Source: Phycisphaera mikurensis NBRC 102666 (GTDB taxonomy: Bacteria; Planctomycetota; Phycisphaerae; Phycisphaerales; Phycisphaeraceae). From it: a stretch of DNA of 32,000 bases. Every line of letters starts with the position of its first letter. Position 1 is the stretch's first letter. The notes beneath the pieces were generated by a model. The model was given only the letters and a program-made list of their open reading frames with translations, had not been told where the DNA came from and did not search any database. This document shows positions 1 to 6,592 of this stretch, in pieces. The position numbers and the translations under genes are program-made. The DNA lies in NCBI RefSeq assembly GCF_000284115.1, contig NC_017080.1, positions 1,980,001 through 2,012,000 of the forward strand, in the 5' to 3' direction.

Positions 1-426
1 GCCGCCAAGGACTTCGCCGCGAACGTCCGCAAGTGGGTGGAAGGCGAAGACAGCGTCACGCAGGAGGAGCTGATCCAGGTCGTCACCTCCAACAGCGGGG
101 TGAGCGAAGCCGAAGCGCGGAAGGGCCTCGACGAGATCAATTCGGCCTACACGACCGCCAAGACGGAGGCGACCGAGGCGTACGAGACGGCCAAGGCCGA
201 AGCCAGCGACGCCTACGGCGCCGCCGAGGACCGCGCGACGCAGGCATACCAGACCGCCAAGACCGAAGCCACCGAGGCGGCGCAGACCGCCTACGAGGAA
301 GGCACCGACGCGCTGGGCACCGCCGCGCTCGCCTCCTTCGCCGTGCTGCTGCTGGGCGCCCTCGCCGCCAGCTTCGGCGCCAGCCTCGGCAGGCCCGACG
401 AGGACGAGTTCCGCACCCGCGGCTGA
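1..426 (+). CDS. Hypothetical membrane-anchored protein, 5' end cut by the window edge. It has Ala/Glu/Thr-rich ~11-residue repeats and a C-terminal TM helix.
   Basis: Frame 1 is open from base 1 (AAKDFAANVRKW...) into tracked ORF 37..426. It contains repeated TAKTEATEAY / TAKAEASDAY / QTAKTEATEAA units and a hydrophobic LGTAALASFAVLLLGALAASFGASL segment near the C-terminus. No family recognised. Confidence 0.5.
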   Translation, partial: AAKDFAANVRKWVEGEDSVTQEELIQVVTSNSGVSEAEARKGLDEINSAYTTAKTEATEAYETAKAEASDAYGAAEDRATQAYQTAKTEATEAAQTAYEEGTDALGTAALASFAVLLLGALAASFGASLGRPDEDEFRTRG

Positions 427-432
427 GCGGAA

Positions 433-480
433 GCCGCGGACGGTCGACGAGAACGGCCGCCCGGGCCCCCGGTCCGCGGC
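433..480. repeat. REP-2-type palindromic hairpin between convergent genes; possible bidirectional terminator.
   Basis: GCCGCGGAC at 433-441 pairs with GTCCGCGGC at 472-480. It shares the CCGCGGAC core with the hairpins at 9501, 9852, 17834, 20744 and 29656. Confidence 0.5.
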
Positions 481-557
481 GGCGGTTTGCGGCGCCTCGT
501 GCCCCCCGCGGGCCCGCTGGCCTCGGGCTCGCCCGGCGCCGCGCGAGTCCGGCTCGG

Positions 558-899
558 TCACGCGTCGCCTGTGGCGACGAAGCCGAGGAAGCGCACCTCC
601 TTCTCGCGGGTCTGCAGCTTCGCAAGCTCCGCGAGGAAGACCGGGTGGTGCGGCTGGGCGTCGTGGTTCTGGATCGCCGCCTCGTCCTCCCAGCACTCCA
701 CCGACGTGAAGCGGCCGGGCTCTTTCTGGTCCTTCATCACGAAGAAGGCGAGGTTGCCCGCGTCGTGCCGCCCGTCCTCGACGTGCTGCGTGAAGAGTGC
801 GACGGCCTCCGCCTCGCGAGCCGGGTCGGTGAAGAAGTCGACGATCAGCCAGACGCCCGAGCGGGCGGCGGGCGAGAGGTTCAGCAGGTTCTCGGTCAT
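558..899 (-). CDS. Antibiotic-biosynthesis-monooxygenase (ABM) domain protein, YgiN-like.
   Basis: The 113-aa ORF has the size and pattern of ABM/dimeric alpha-beta barrel proteins (WLIVDFF...FFVMKDQKEPGRFTSVECWEDEAAIQNH). Its ATG (899..897) overlaps the trpF stop TGA (898..896) as ATGA. Confidence 0.7.
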   Translation of the reverse strand: MTENLLNLSPAARSGVWLIVDFFTDPAREAEAVALFTQHVEDGRHDAGNLAFFVMKDQKEPGRFTSVECWEDEAAIQNHDAQPHHPVFLAELAKLQTREKEVRFLGFVATGDA

Positions 900-1594
900 C
901 CGGCCACGCTACCCGCGGCTCCCACGAACGCCCGCACCTTCGCCGCGTCCTTGACCCCCTTGGCCGACTCGACGCCGCTGGAGACGTCGACGCCGAATGG
1001 CCGCACGATCCCGATCGCCCCGGCGACGTTCTCCGGCGTGAGCCCGCCGGCGAGCCACAGCGGCGGGAGGCCGCCGCGGTCGACGCCGGCGAGGGCCTGC
1101 CAGTCGAACCGGACGCCGTGCCCGCCGGTGACCCCGCCGCGGGCCGGAGGCGGCGCGTCCACGAGCAGCGCGGCGAGGCCGCGGACGCCGGCCCAGCGCC
1201 GCACGCCGTCGGCATCGAAGGGGACCGCTTTCCACACGGTGAGTCCGGCGTCCGCGAGCGCCGCCACCTCGGCGGCGGACTCGCGGCCGTGCAGCTGCAC
1301 CGTCGTCAGACCCGCCGCCGCCGCGATCGCCCGCACGTCCTCCACCGCGTGGTCGCAGAACAGCCCCACCGGCACCGGCGCGTGCAGCCCGAAGGCGTGC
1401 AGCGCCCGGGTCACCCCCTCCGCCTCCGCCGTCTCCACGCAGCGTGGCGACCGCCGGACGAAGACGAGCCCGACGAAATCGACCCCCGCCTCCGCGCACA
1501 CCGCCGCCGTCCCCACATCCCGCACCCCGCAGATCTTCACGCGCGTGCGGTCGGCGGGCGTCTCGGCAGGAGCATGGAATCCGCGGACCGTCAC
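896..1594 (-). CDS. trpF: Phosphoribosylanthranilate isomerase.
   Basis: TRVKICGVRD...GVDFVGLVF...VQLHG...LLVDA...GGHG..FDW...LAGGLTPENV are typical TrpF motifs. I chose the GTG at 1594 because GGAGG (1601-1605, minus strand) lies 6 nt upstream. The tracked 263-aa ORF extends further into a REP element. Confidence 0.85.
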   Translation of the reverse strand: MTVRGFHAPAETPADRTRVKICGVRDVGTAAVCAEAGVDFVGLVFVRRSPRCVETAEAEGVTRALHAFGLHAPVPVGLFCDHAVEDVRAIAAAAGLTTVQLHGRESAAEVAALADAGLTVWKAVPFDADGVRRWAGVRGLAALLVDAPPPARGGVTGGHGVRFDWQALAGVDRGGLPPLWLAGGLTPENVAGAIGIVRPFGVDVSSGVESAKGVKDAAKVRAFVGAAGSVAG

Positions 1595-1616
1595 CGCTCG
1601 CCTCCAGGGCGGAGGG

Positions 1617-1769
1617 CCGGGTTGCCACGCAACCCGGAACGGCTGCGGAGCAGCCGGTCGCCTCGGTGCAGGCGTGCTGCGGAGCACGACCCGCCGGTGG
1701 CGCGAACCAGCTCGCCGCGCCCGAAACAGCTCCGGCGCCGCCGGAGTTCCGGGTTGCGTGGCAACCCGG
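1617..1769. repeat. Inverted pair of REP-3 hairpins (BIME-like) between uvrD and trpF.
   Basis: CCGGGTTGCCACGCAACCCGGAAC (1617-1640) is the exact reverse complement of GTTCCGGGTTGCGTGGCAACCCGG (1746-1769). Each arm is itself a 9-bp-stem hairpin (CCGGGTTGC-NNN-GCAACCCGG). Confidence 0.8.
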
Positions 1770-1787
1770 CCCTGCGTGCTTGGGACC

Positions 1788-4196
1788 TCAAACCCGCTCC
1801 AATCTCGCGTACTGCAGGATCATCGTCTTGAGCCCGTGCGTCTGGAACTCGACGCTCGCCCGCGTGTGCGCACCCATCGAGTCGACCTTGCGGATCCGCC
1901 CGCGCCCGAACTGCGGGTGGCGGACCTCGGTGCCCGGGGGCCACGCGTCCGCCTCCCGGTCGGCCCGGTTCCGCTGCGCCTGCCCGCGTCGGTGCGTGAA
2001 GCCCCCGCCGTCCAAAGCATCGTCAGCGATGTCCCTGCGCTCCACCGCTGACTCGGGCAACTCGTCGAGGAAGCGGCTGGGCACCGTCGGGTTCGTCCGG
2101 CCGAAGACGGTGCGGTACTTCGTCGAGGTCAGGTACAGGTGCCGCTCGGCCCGCGTGATCCCCACGAAGGCGAGGCGCCGCTCCTCCTCCATCTCGTCCT
2201 CGTCCTCGGCGGCCCGCTGGTGCGGGAGCAGGCCGTCCTCGAGTGCGATCATGCCGACGACCGGGAACTCGAGCCCCTTCGCGGCGTGGAGGGTCATCAG
2301 CGTGACGCTGCCGTCGGCGGCGTCGATCGAGTCGGCGTCGGCAACCAGCGCGACGCGCTCCAGGAAGCCGAGCAGCTTCTCGCCGAGGCCGGGCACTTCC
2401 GCGTCGGGGTCGTCCTCGAGCCGGTCCAGCTCCATCTGCTCCTCGAACTGCGTGACGCTGGTCACCAGCTCGCCGAGGTTGGCCAGCCGCTCCTGGTCGG
2501 GGTCGCTCTTGTCGTTGCGGTAGAAGGCGTCGAGCCCGGAGCGGTCGATCACGTCGCGGACCAGATCGGCGAGCGAGCCCTGCTCGCTGGGGTCCGCGTC
2601 GCGTCTGGGGACCAGGAGCCCTTCGCCCGGCGTGGCCACCAGCCCCGCCCGCTGCCGCCAGCCCTCGAGCATCGCGTGGAACTTCGCGACCGCGACCTGC
2701 GCCCGGTTGTTCAGCCCGGCGATCTTCTCGGGATCGGCGAGGGCTCCGTTCAGCGGCTGGTCCGTCGCGAGGGTGTGCGCCCGGATCGCTTTCACGCTCG
2801 CGGCGGAGATCCCCCGGGCGGGCGTGTTGATGATCCGGAAGTGCGTCACCTCGTCGGCGGGGTTGGCGATCGCGCGGAGGAAGGCCAGCGCGTCCTTCAC
2901 CTCCTTGCGGTCGTAGAAGGCCGTGCCGCGGGCGATCTGGTACGGGATCGCGCCGTCGCGCAGCGCGTCCTCCAGCGAGCGCGACAGCGAGTTGATGCGG
3001 TAGAAGACCGCCATGTCCGACCAGGGCGTGCCGGCGTCGTGGTGGTGCTTGAGCCGCTCTGCAAGGAACTGCGCCTCCTGGTCCTGGTCGTAGGTCTTGG
3101 TGACGACCACCGGTCCGCCGTCGTCGTTGTCGGTGAACAGCCGCTTGGCCTTCCGGCGTGCGTTGTTCGCGATGAGCGCATCCGCCGCGGCGAGGATCGT
3201 CTTCGTGGAGCGGTAGTTCTGCTCCAGCCGGATCGTCTTGGCCTCGGCGTAGCCGGTCTCGAAGTCGAGGATGTTGCGGATGTCCGCGCCGCGCCACCCG
3301 TAGATGGATTGATCCGGGTCGCCGGTGACCATCAGGTTGTGGTGCGACTTCGCGAGGAAGTCGGCGATCATGAACTGGGCCCGGTTCGTGTCCTGGTACT
3401 CGTCGACGAGGATGTAGCGGAAGCGGTCCTGCAGCTCGGCGAGGACGTCAGGGTGGTTGGAGCACAGCTCGACGGTCTTCATCAGCAGGTCGTCGAAGTC
3501 GACCGCCGAGTTGCGCACCAGGATCTGCTGGTACTTGGCGTAGACCTTCGCGACCGTCCGCTTGTGGAAGTCGCTGGCGGTGGCCTGGTACGCCGCGGGC
3601 GTGAGCAGCTCGTTCTTGGCGTTGGAGATGCCCGCGAGCATCGAGGCGGGGGCGAAGTTCTTCGGGTTGATCTCCAGCTCGGACAGCGCGGTCTTGATCG
3701 CCGCCTTCTGGTCGGCCGTGTCGTAGATCGAGTAGCCCGGCGGCAGCCCCACCCGCTCGGCGTGCTGGCGGATGAGTCGCGCGCACAGGGCGTGGAAGGT
3801 CGAGACCGTCGCCGCCCGGGCCTGCTTCTCGGTAAGCAGCTGCGCCACCCGCTCGCGCATCTCGCCGGCGGCCTTGTTCGTGAACGTGATCGCCAGCACG
3901 TGCCACGGCGGCACGCCGCAGGCCCGCACCAGGTACGCCACCCGCCGCGTGATCACCCGCGTCTTGCCCGACCCCGGCCCCGCGAGCACCAAGAGCGGCC
4001 CGTCCACGTGCGCCACCGCCTCGGCCTGCGGCTCGGTCAGCCCCTCGGTCAGCTCCGCCGCGTGGTCGACGCCGGCGGACCGGTAGCCGGCGCTCGCCTC
4101 CTTGAACGTCGCCGGCTCGGGCGGAGCGGCGGCCGCGGCCTTCGGGTGGGCCTCGTCGGACAGGAAGTCCGGCAGAACATCGGCGGCGTCGGGCAT
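1788..4196 (-). CDS. uvrD: ATP-dependent DNA helicase, UvrD/PcrA family.
   Basis: After trimming the spurious 1515-aa ORF to the ATG at 4196 the protein is 802 aa. Motifs: GPLLVLAGPGSGKTRVIT (Walker A), ILVDEYQDTN, YRSTKTIL, VTLMTLHAAKGLEFPVV, and a C-terminal VRHPQFGRGRI Tudor-like tail. Confidence 0.92.
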   Translation of the reverse strand: MPDAADVLPDFLSDEAHPKAAAAAPPEPATFKEASAGYRSAGVDHAAELTEGLTEPQAEAVAHVDGPLLVLAGPGSGKTRVITRRVAYLVRACGVPPWHVLAITFTNKAAGEMRERVAQLLTEKQARAATVSTFHALCARLIRQHAERVGLPPGYSIYDTADQKAAIKTALSELEINPKNFAPASMLAGISNAKNELLTPAAYQATASDFHKRTVAKVYAKYQQILVRNSAVDFDDLLMKTVELCSNHPDVLAELQDRFRYILVDEYQDTNRAQFMIADFLAKSHHNLMVTGDPDQSIYGWRGADIRNILDFETGYAEAKTIRLEQNYRSTKTILAAADALIANNARRKAKRLFTDNDDGGPVVVTKTYDQDQEAQFLAERLKHHHDAGTPWSDMAVFYRINSLSRSLEDALRDGAIPYQIARGTAFYDRKEVKDALAFLRAIANPADEVTHFRIINTPARGISAASVKAIRAHTLATDQPLNGALADPEKIAGLNNRAQVAVAKFHAMLEGWRQRAGLVATPGEGLLVPRRDADPSEQGSLADLVRDVIDRSGLDAFYRNDKSDPDQERLANLGELVTSVTQFEEQMELDRLEDDPDAEVPGLGEKLLGFLERVALVADADSIDAADGSVTLMTLHAAKGLEFPVVGMIALEDGLLPHQRAAEDEDEMEEERRLAFVGITRAERHLYLTSTKYRTVFGRTNPTVPSRFLDELPESAVERRDIADDALDGGGFTHRRGQAQRNRADREADAWPPGTEVRHPQFGRGRIRKVDSMGAHTRASVEFQTHGLKTMILQYARLERV

Positions 4197-4266
4197 CGGG
4201 CGAGTGTACGGATGGGGTGCTACCGTTCCTTTCCCGAACAGGGATTCTGCGTGGCGGAGGTCGTAC

Positions 4267-4500
4267 GGGCAGCGCTTCGCTTCATCACAGAGGGCGCAGA
4301 GGCACGGAGGCCACGGAGAGAGGCACAGAGGTGGATGGTTTTGCGTCGATCCAGCAGAAGAGATGGTCCTGTTGACGCTGGTAGTTTCGATCGCGGAGTC
4401 GAAGCCGAGGCCGCGGGCGAGTCCGCGGGGCCAATCCTGACTTCTTCTCTCCGTGCCTCCTCTGTGGCCTCTGTGCCTCCGTGTCCTCTGTGATCTGCCT
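4267..4500. mobile_element. MITE-like nonautonomous element (family A) in the uvrD-recN divergent intergenic region; the right end is degenerate.
   Basis: The left terminus GGGCAGCGCTTCGCTTCATCACAGAGG matches both termini of the 27032-27309 element. Subterminal 8-nt purine-rich units (GCACGGAG-like, 4291-4335) are mirrored by their complement (4441-4495). Confidence 0.5.
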
Positions 4501-4517
4501 CGGAAGGATCCGCGACG

Positions 4518-6257
4518 ATGCTCAACCAGCTCCACATCCAGAACCTCGCCGTCATCGAGGACGCCACGGTGGACTTCGCCGAGGGGCTCAACGTGTTCAC
4601 GGGCGCCACCGGGGCGGGCAAGTCGCTGGTGATCGGGGCTTTCGAGGCGCTGCTCGGGCTGCGCAAGGCGACGGACATGGTGCGGCCCGGGGCGAAGGAG
4701 GCGCGGATCTCCGGCTTGTTCACGCTGGACGATCCGCGGGCGGCGGCGGAGGTCGGCGAGGCGCTCGACCAGGAGATCGCCGCCGGCGAGGAGTTCCTGC
4801 TCACGCGGAAGCTGTTCGCGTCCGGCCGCTCCAGCGTGTCCGTGAACGGCCAGCCCGCGACGGCGGCGATGCTCGCGCGGGCGGCGGAGTCGCTCGTGGA
4901 CATCCACGGCCAGCACGACCACCAGCACCTCTTCAAGCCGGCCCACCAGCTGGCGATCCTCGACGGCTACGCCGGCACCGAAGCGCTGCGGGACCGCTTC
5001 GCCGCGGGCTTCGCGGAGCTGCGTTCGATGAAGAAGAAGCGGGATCGGCTCGCCGCCTCCGCCGAGCTGCGCGAGCAACAACGCGACCTGGCGCAGTTCC
5101 AGCTCGACGAGATCGACGCGGTGGAGCCGCAGGAGGGCGAGTTTCCCGAGCTCGCCAGCCGCGGGGCCGTGCTCGGCAACGTGCAGTCGCTCAAAGCGGA
5201 TGCGGCGCGTTGTTACGGCGCGCTGTATGAAGCCGACGGCTCGATCAACGAGCGGCTGCAGGGGCTCACCGGGATCCTCCTCGACGTCGCGGAGACGGAT
5301 CCGTCGGCCGCGCCCATCGCCGAGGCCGTCCGCTCCGCCACGATGATGCTCCAGGAGGCGGCCTTCGATCTGTCCCGCTACGAGAGCCGGCTGGAGACCG
5401 ACCCCGAGGAGGCCGCCGAGGTGGAGGCCCGGCTCAACCAGCTCAACCGGCTCATCGCCAAGCACGGCGACGGCCGCAGCGGCCGGCACGTCGTCGGCGG
5501 AGAGGACCCGCTGCAGCCGGTGATCGACAAGCGGAACCAGCTCGCCGAGCAGCTCGAGAAGCTGGCCGCCGCCGAGACGGACGCGGGCGGCCTGGACGCG
5601 CAGATCGAGGCCGCCGAGCGGGCGCTGGACGAGCTGGCCGGGGCGCTGACGGTGAAGCGGAAGGCCGCCGCCGCCGAGCTCGCCCCCGCCGTCGCGGCGC
5701 AGCTCGCCGAGCTGGGCATGGTCGGGGCGACGCTGGACGTCGGCTTCGATGCCGCCGACGACACGCCCTCGGGCCGCGACCGGATCGAGTTCCTCGCCCG
5801 CACCAACCCCGGCCAGCCCGAGCGTCCGCTGCGGGCGATCGCCTCCGGCGGCGAGCTCTCGCGCGTGATGCTCGCGCTCAAGGGCGTCCTCCACGGCGGA
5901 GACCGCATCTCGGTCCTCGTCTTCGACGAGGTCGACGCGAACATCGGCGGGCGGTTGGGGTCGGTGATCGGGCGGAAGCTGCGGGCGCTGGCGGATGCAG
6001 ATGCCGCGGAAGGGCCGAAACCGCAGGTCCTCTGCATCACGCACCTCGCGCAGATCGCCGCCTTCGGCGACAAGCACTTCGTCATCCAGAAGAGGACGAC
6101 CGGCTCGAAGAAGACCGATTCCACCGCGACGACCGTCGCCGCCATCGACGGCAAGGCCCGCGTCGACGAACTCGCCGAGATGCTCGCGGGCGCCGAGGCG
6201 ACCCCGACGACGAGGAAGCAAGCCCGCGAGCTCCTCCGCGTGGCGGAGCGGGGGTGA
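4518..6257 (+). CDS. recN: DNA repair protein RecN.
   Basis: The 579-aa ORF starts MLNQLHIQNLAVIEDATVDFAEGLNVFTGATGAGKSLV (Walker A), has long coiled-coil middle regions, carries the SGGELSRVMLALK signature and ends its ATPase core with VLVFDEVDANIGG (Walker B). Confidence 0.95.
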   Translation: MLNQLHIQNLAVIEDATVDFAEGLNVFTGATGAGKSLVIGAFEALLGLRKATDMVRPGAKEARISGLFTLDDPRAAAEVGEALDQEIAAGEEFLLTRKLFASGRSSVSVNGQPATAAMLARAAESLVDIHGQHDHQHLFKPAHQLAILDGYAGTEALRDRFAAGFAELRSMKKKRDRLAASAELREQQRDLAQFQLDEIDAVEPQEGEFPELASRGAVLGNVQSLKADAARCYGALYEADGSINERLQGLTGILLDVAETDPSAAPIAEAVRSATMMLQEAAFDLSRYESRLETDPEEAAEVEARLNQLNRLIAKHGDGRSGRHVVGGEDPLQPVIDKRNQLAEQLEKLAAAETDAGGLDAQIEAAERALDELAGALTVKRKAAAAELAPAVAAQLAELGMVGATLDVGFDAADDTPSGRDRIEFLARTNPGQPERPLRAIASGGELSRVMLALKGVLHGGDRISVLVFDEVDANIGGRLGSVIGRKLRALADADAAEGPKPQVLCITHLAQIAAFGDKHFVIQKRTTGSKKTDSTATTVAAIDGKARVDELAEMLAGAEATPTTRKQARELLRVAERG

Positions 6258-6271
6258 CGGTCCGCGCAGCG

Positions 6272-6481
6272 GACGCGAAAGCCGGATCGCTGCGCGATCC
6301 GGGCCGAGCGGGAGGGCGGCTCCCGGGGGGTCCAATCCGCGGCTGCGCAGCGGGTCGGCTCCAAGGGTCGAATCCGCGGCTGCGCCGCGAGTCGGCTTCG
6401 CCGACGCCCGGACCGCGGCAGCGGTCCGGCTTCCGCGTAGGCTGCGCCCACCGGTTCGGGCCGCGGGGGCCCGGACACCGC
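6272..6481 (+). repeat. Composite REP-1 element (~210 bp) with two CCGG-stem hairpins and an internal ~37-bp tandem duplication.
   Basis: Hairpins are CCGGATCGC-TGC-GCGATCCGG (6282-6302) and CCGGACCGC-GGCA-GCGGTCCGG (6408-6429). The tandem units GGTC(C/G)AATCCGCGGCTGCGC lie at about 6327-6400. An inverted copy lies at 18087-18278. Confidence 0.7.
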
Positions 6482-6497
6482 GCCGTGGACACCGTGC

Positions 6498-6544
6498 CGA
6501 GGAAGCAGGCCCGCGAGCTGCTCTGCCTTGCGGAGCTCACGTAG
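6498..6544 (+). pseudogene. Displaced duplicate of the recN 3' end.
   Basis: CGAGGAAGCAGGCCCGCGAGCTGCTCTGCCTTGCGGAGC (6498-6536) is about 80% identical to recN 6211-6249. It encodes RKQARELLCLAELT* versus the recN tail RKQARELLRVAERG*. The offset is 287 bp. Confidence 0.55.
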
Positions 6545-6592
6545 CGCGGACACGCGACGCCACGCCGCGGCAGCCGCAGGCGGCACGAAGCC

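Noticed and set aside
896-1687. The longer 263-aa TrpF start, and the overlapping 239-aa ORF at 909..1628.
   Set aside because: The extra N-terminal residues are encoded by the REP-3 hairpin (FRVAWQPGP). The GTG at 1594 has a proper GGAGG. The 239-aa ORF is an Arg/Gly-rich alternative frame.
4197-4517. A LexA/SOS operator between the divergent uvrD and recN genes.
   Set aside because: Only weak 4-bp palindromes (GTTC-N7-GAAC at about 4224-4238) are present. There is no CTGT-N8-ACAG or GAAC-N4-GTTC box, and the operator consensus for this lineage is unknown to me.
1788-6335. The 1515-aa minus-strand ORF in the track.
   Set aside because: Only the C-terminal 802 aa (from ATG 4196) look like a real protein (UvrD/PcrA). 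The upstream two-thirds is Arg/Gly/Pro-rich antisense of recN, typical of stop-poor high-GC DNA.
6325-6400. tRNA-like GGTCGAATCCGCGGCTGCGCC strings, considered as a possible tRNA 3' end or att site.
   Set aside because: No T-stem pairing, no acceptor/anticodon arms and no CCA context can be drawn. The motif is simply a ~37-bp tandem unit inside the REP-1 composite element.
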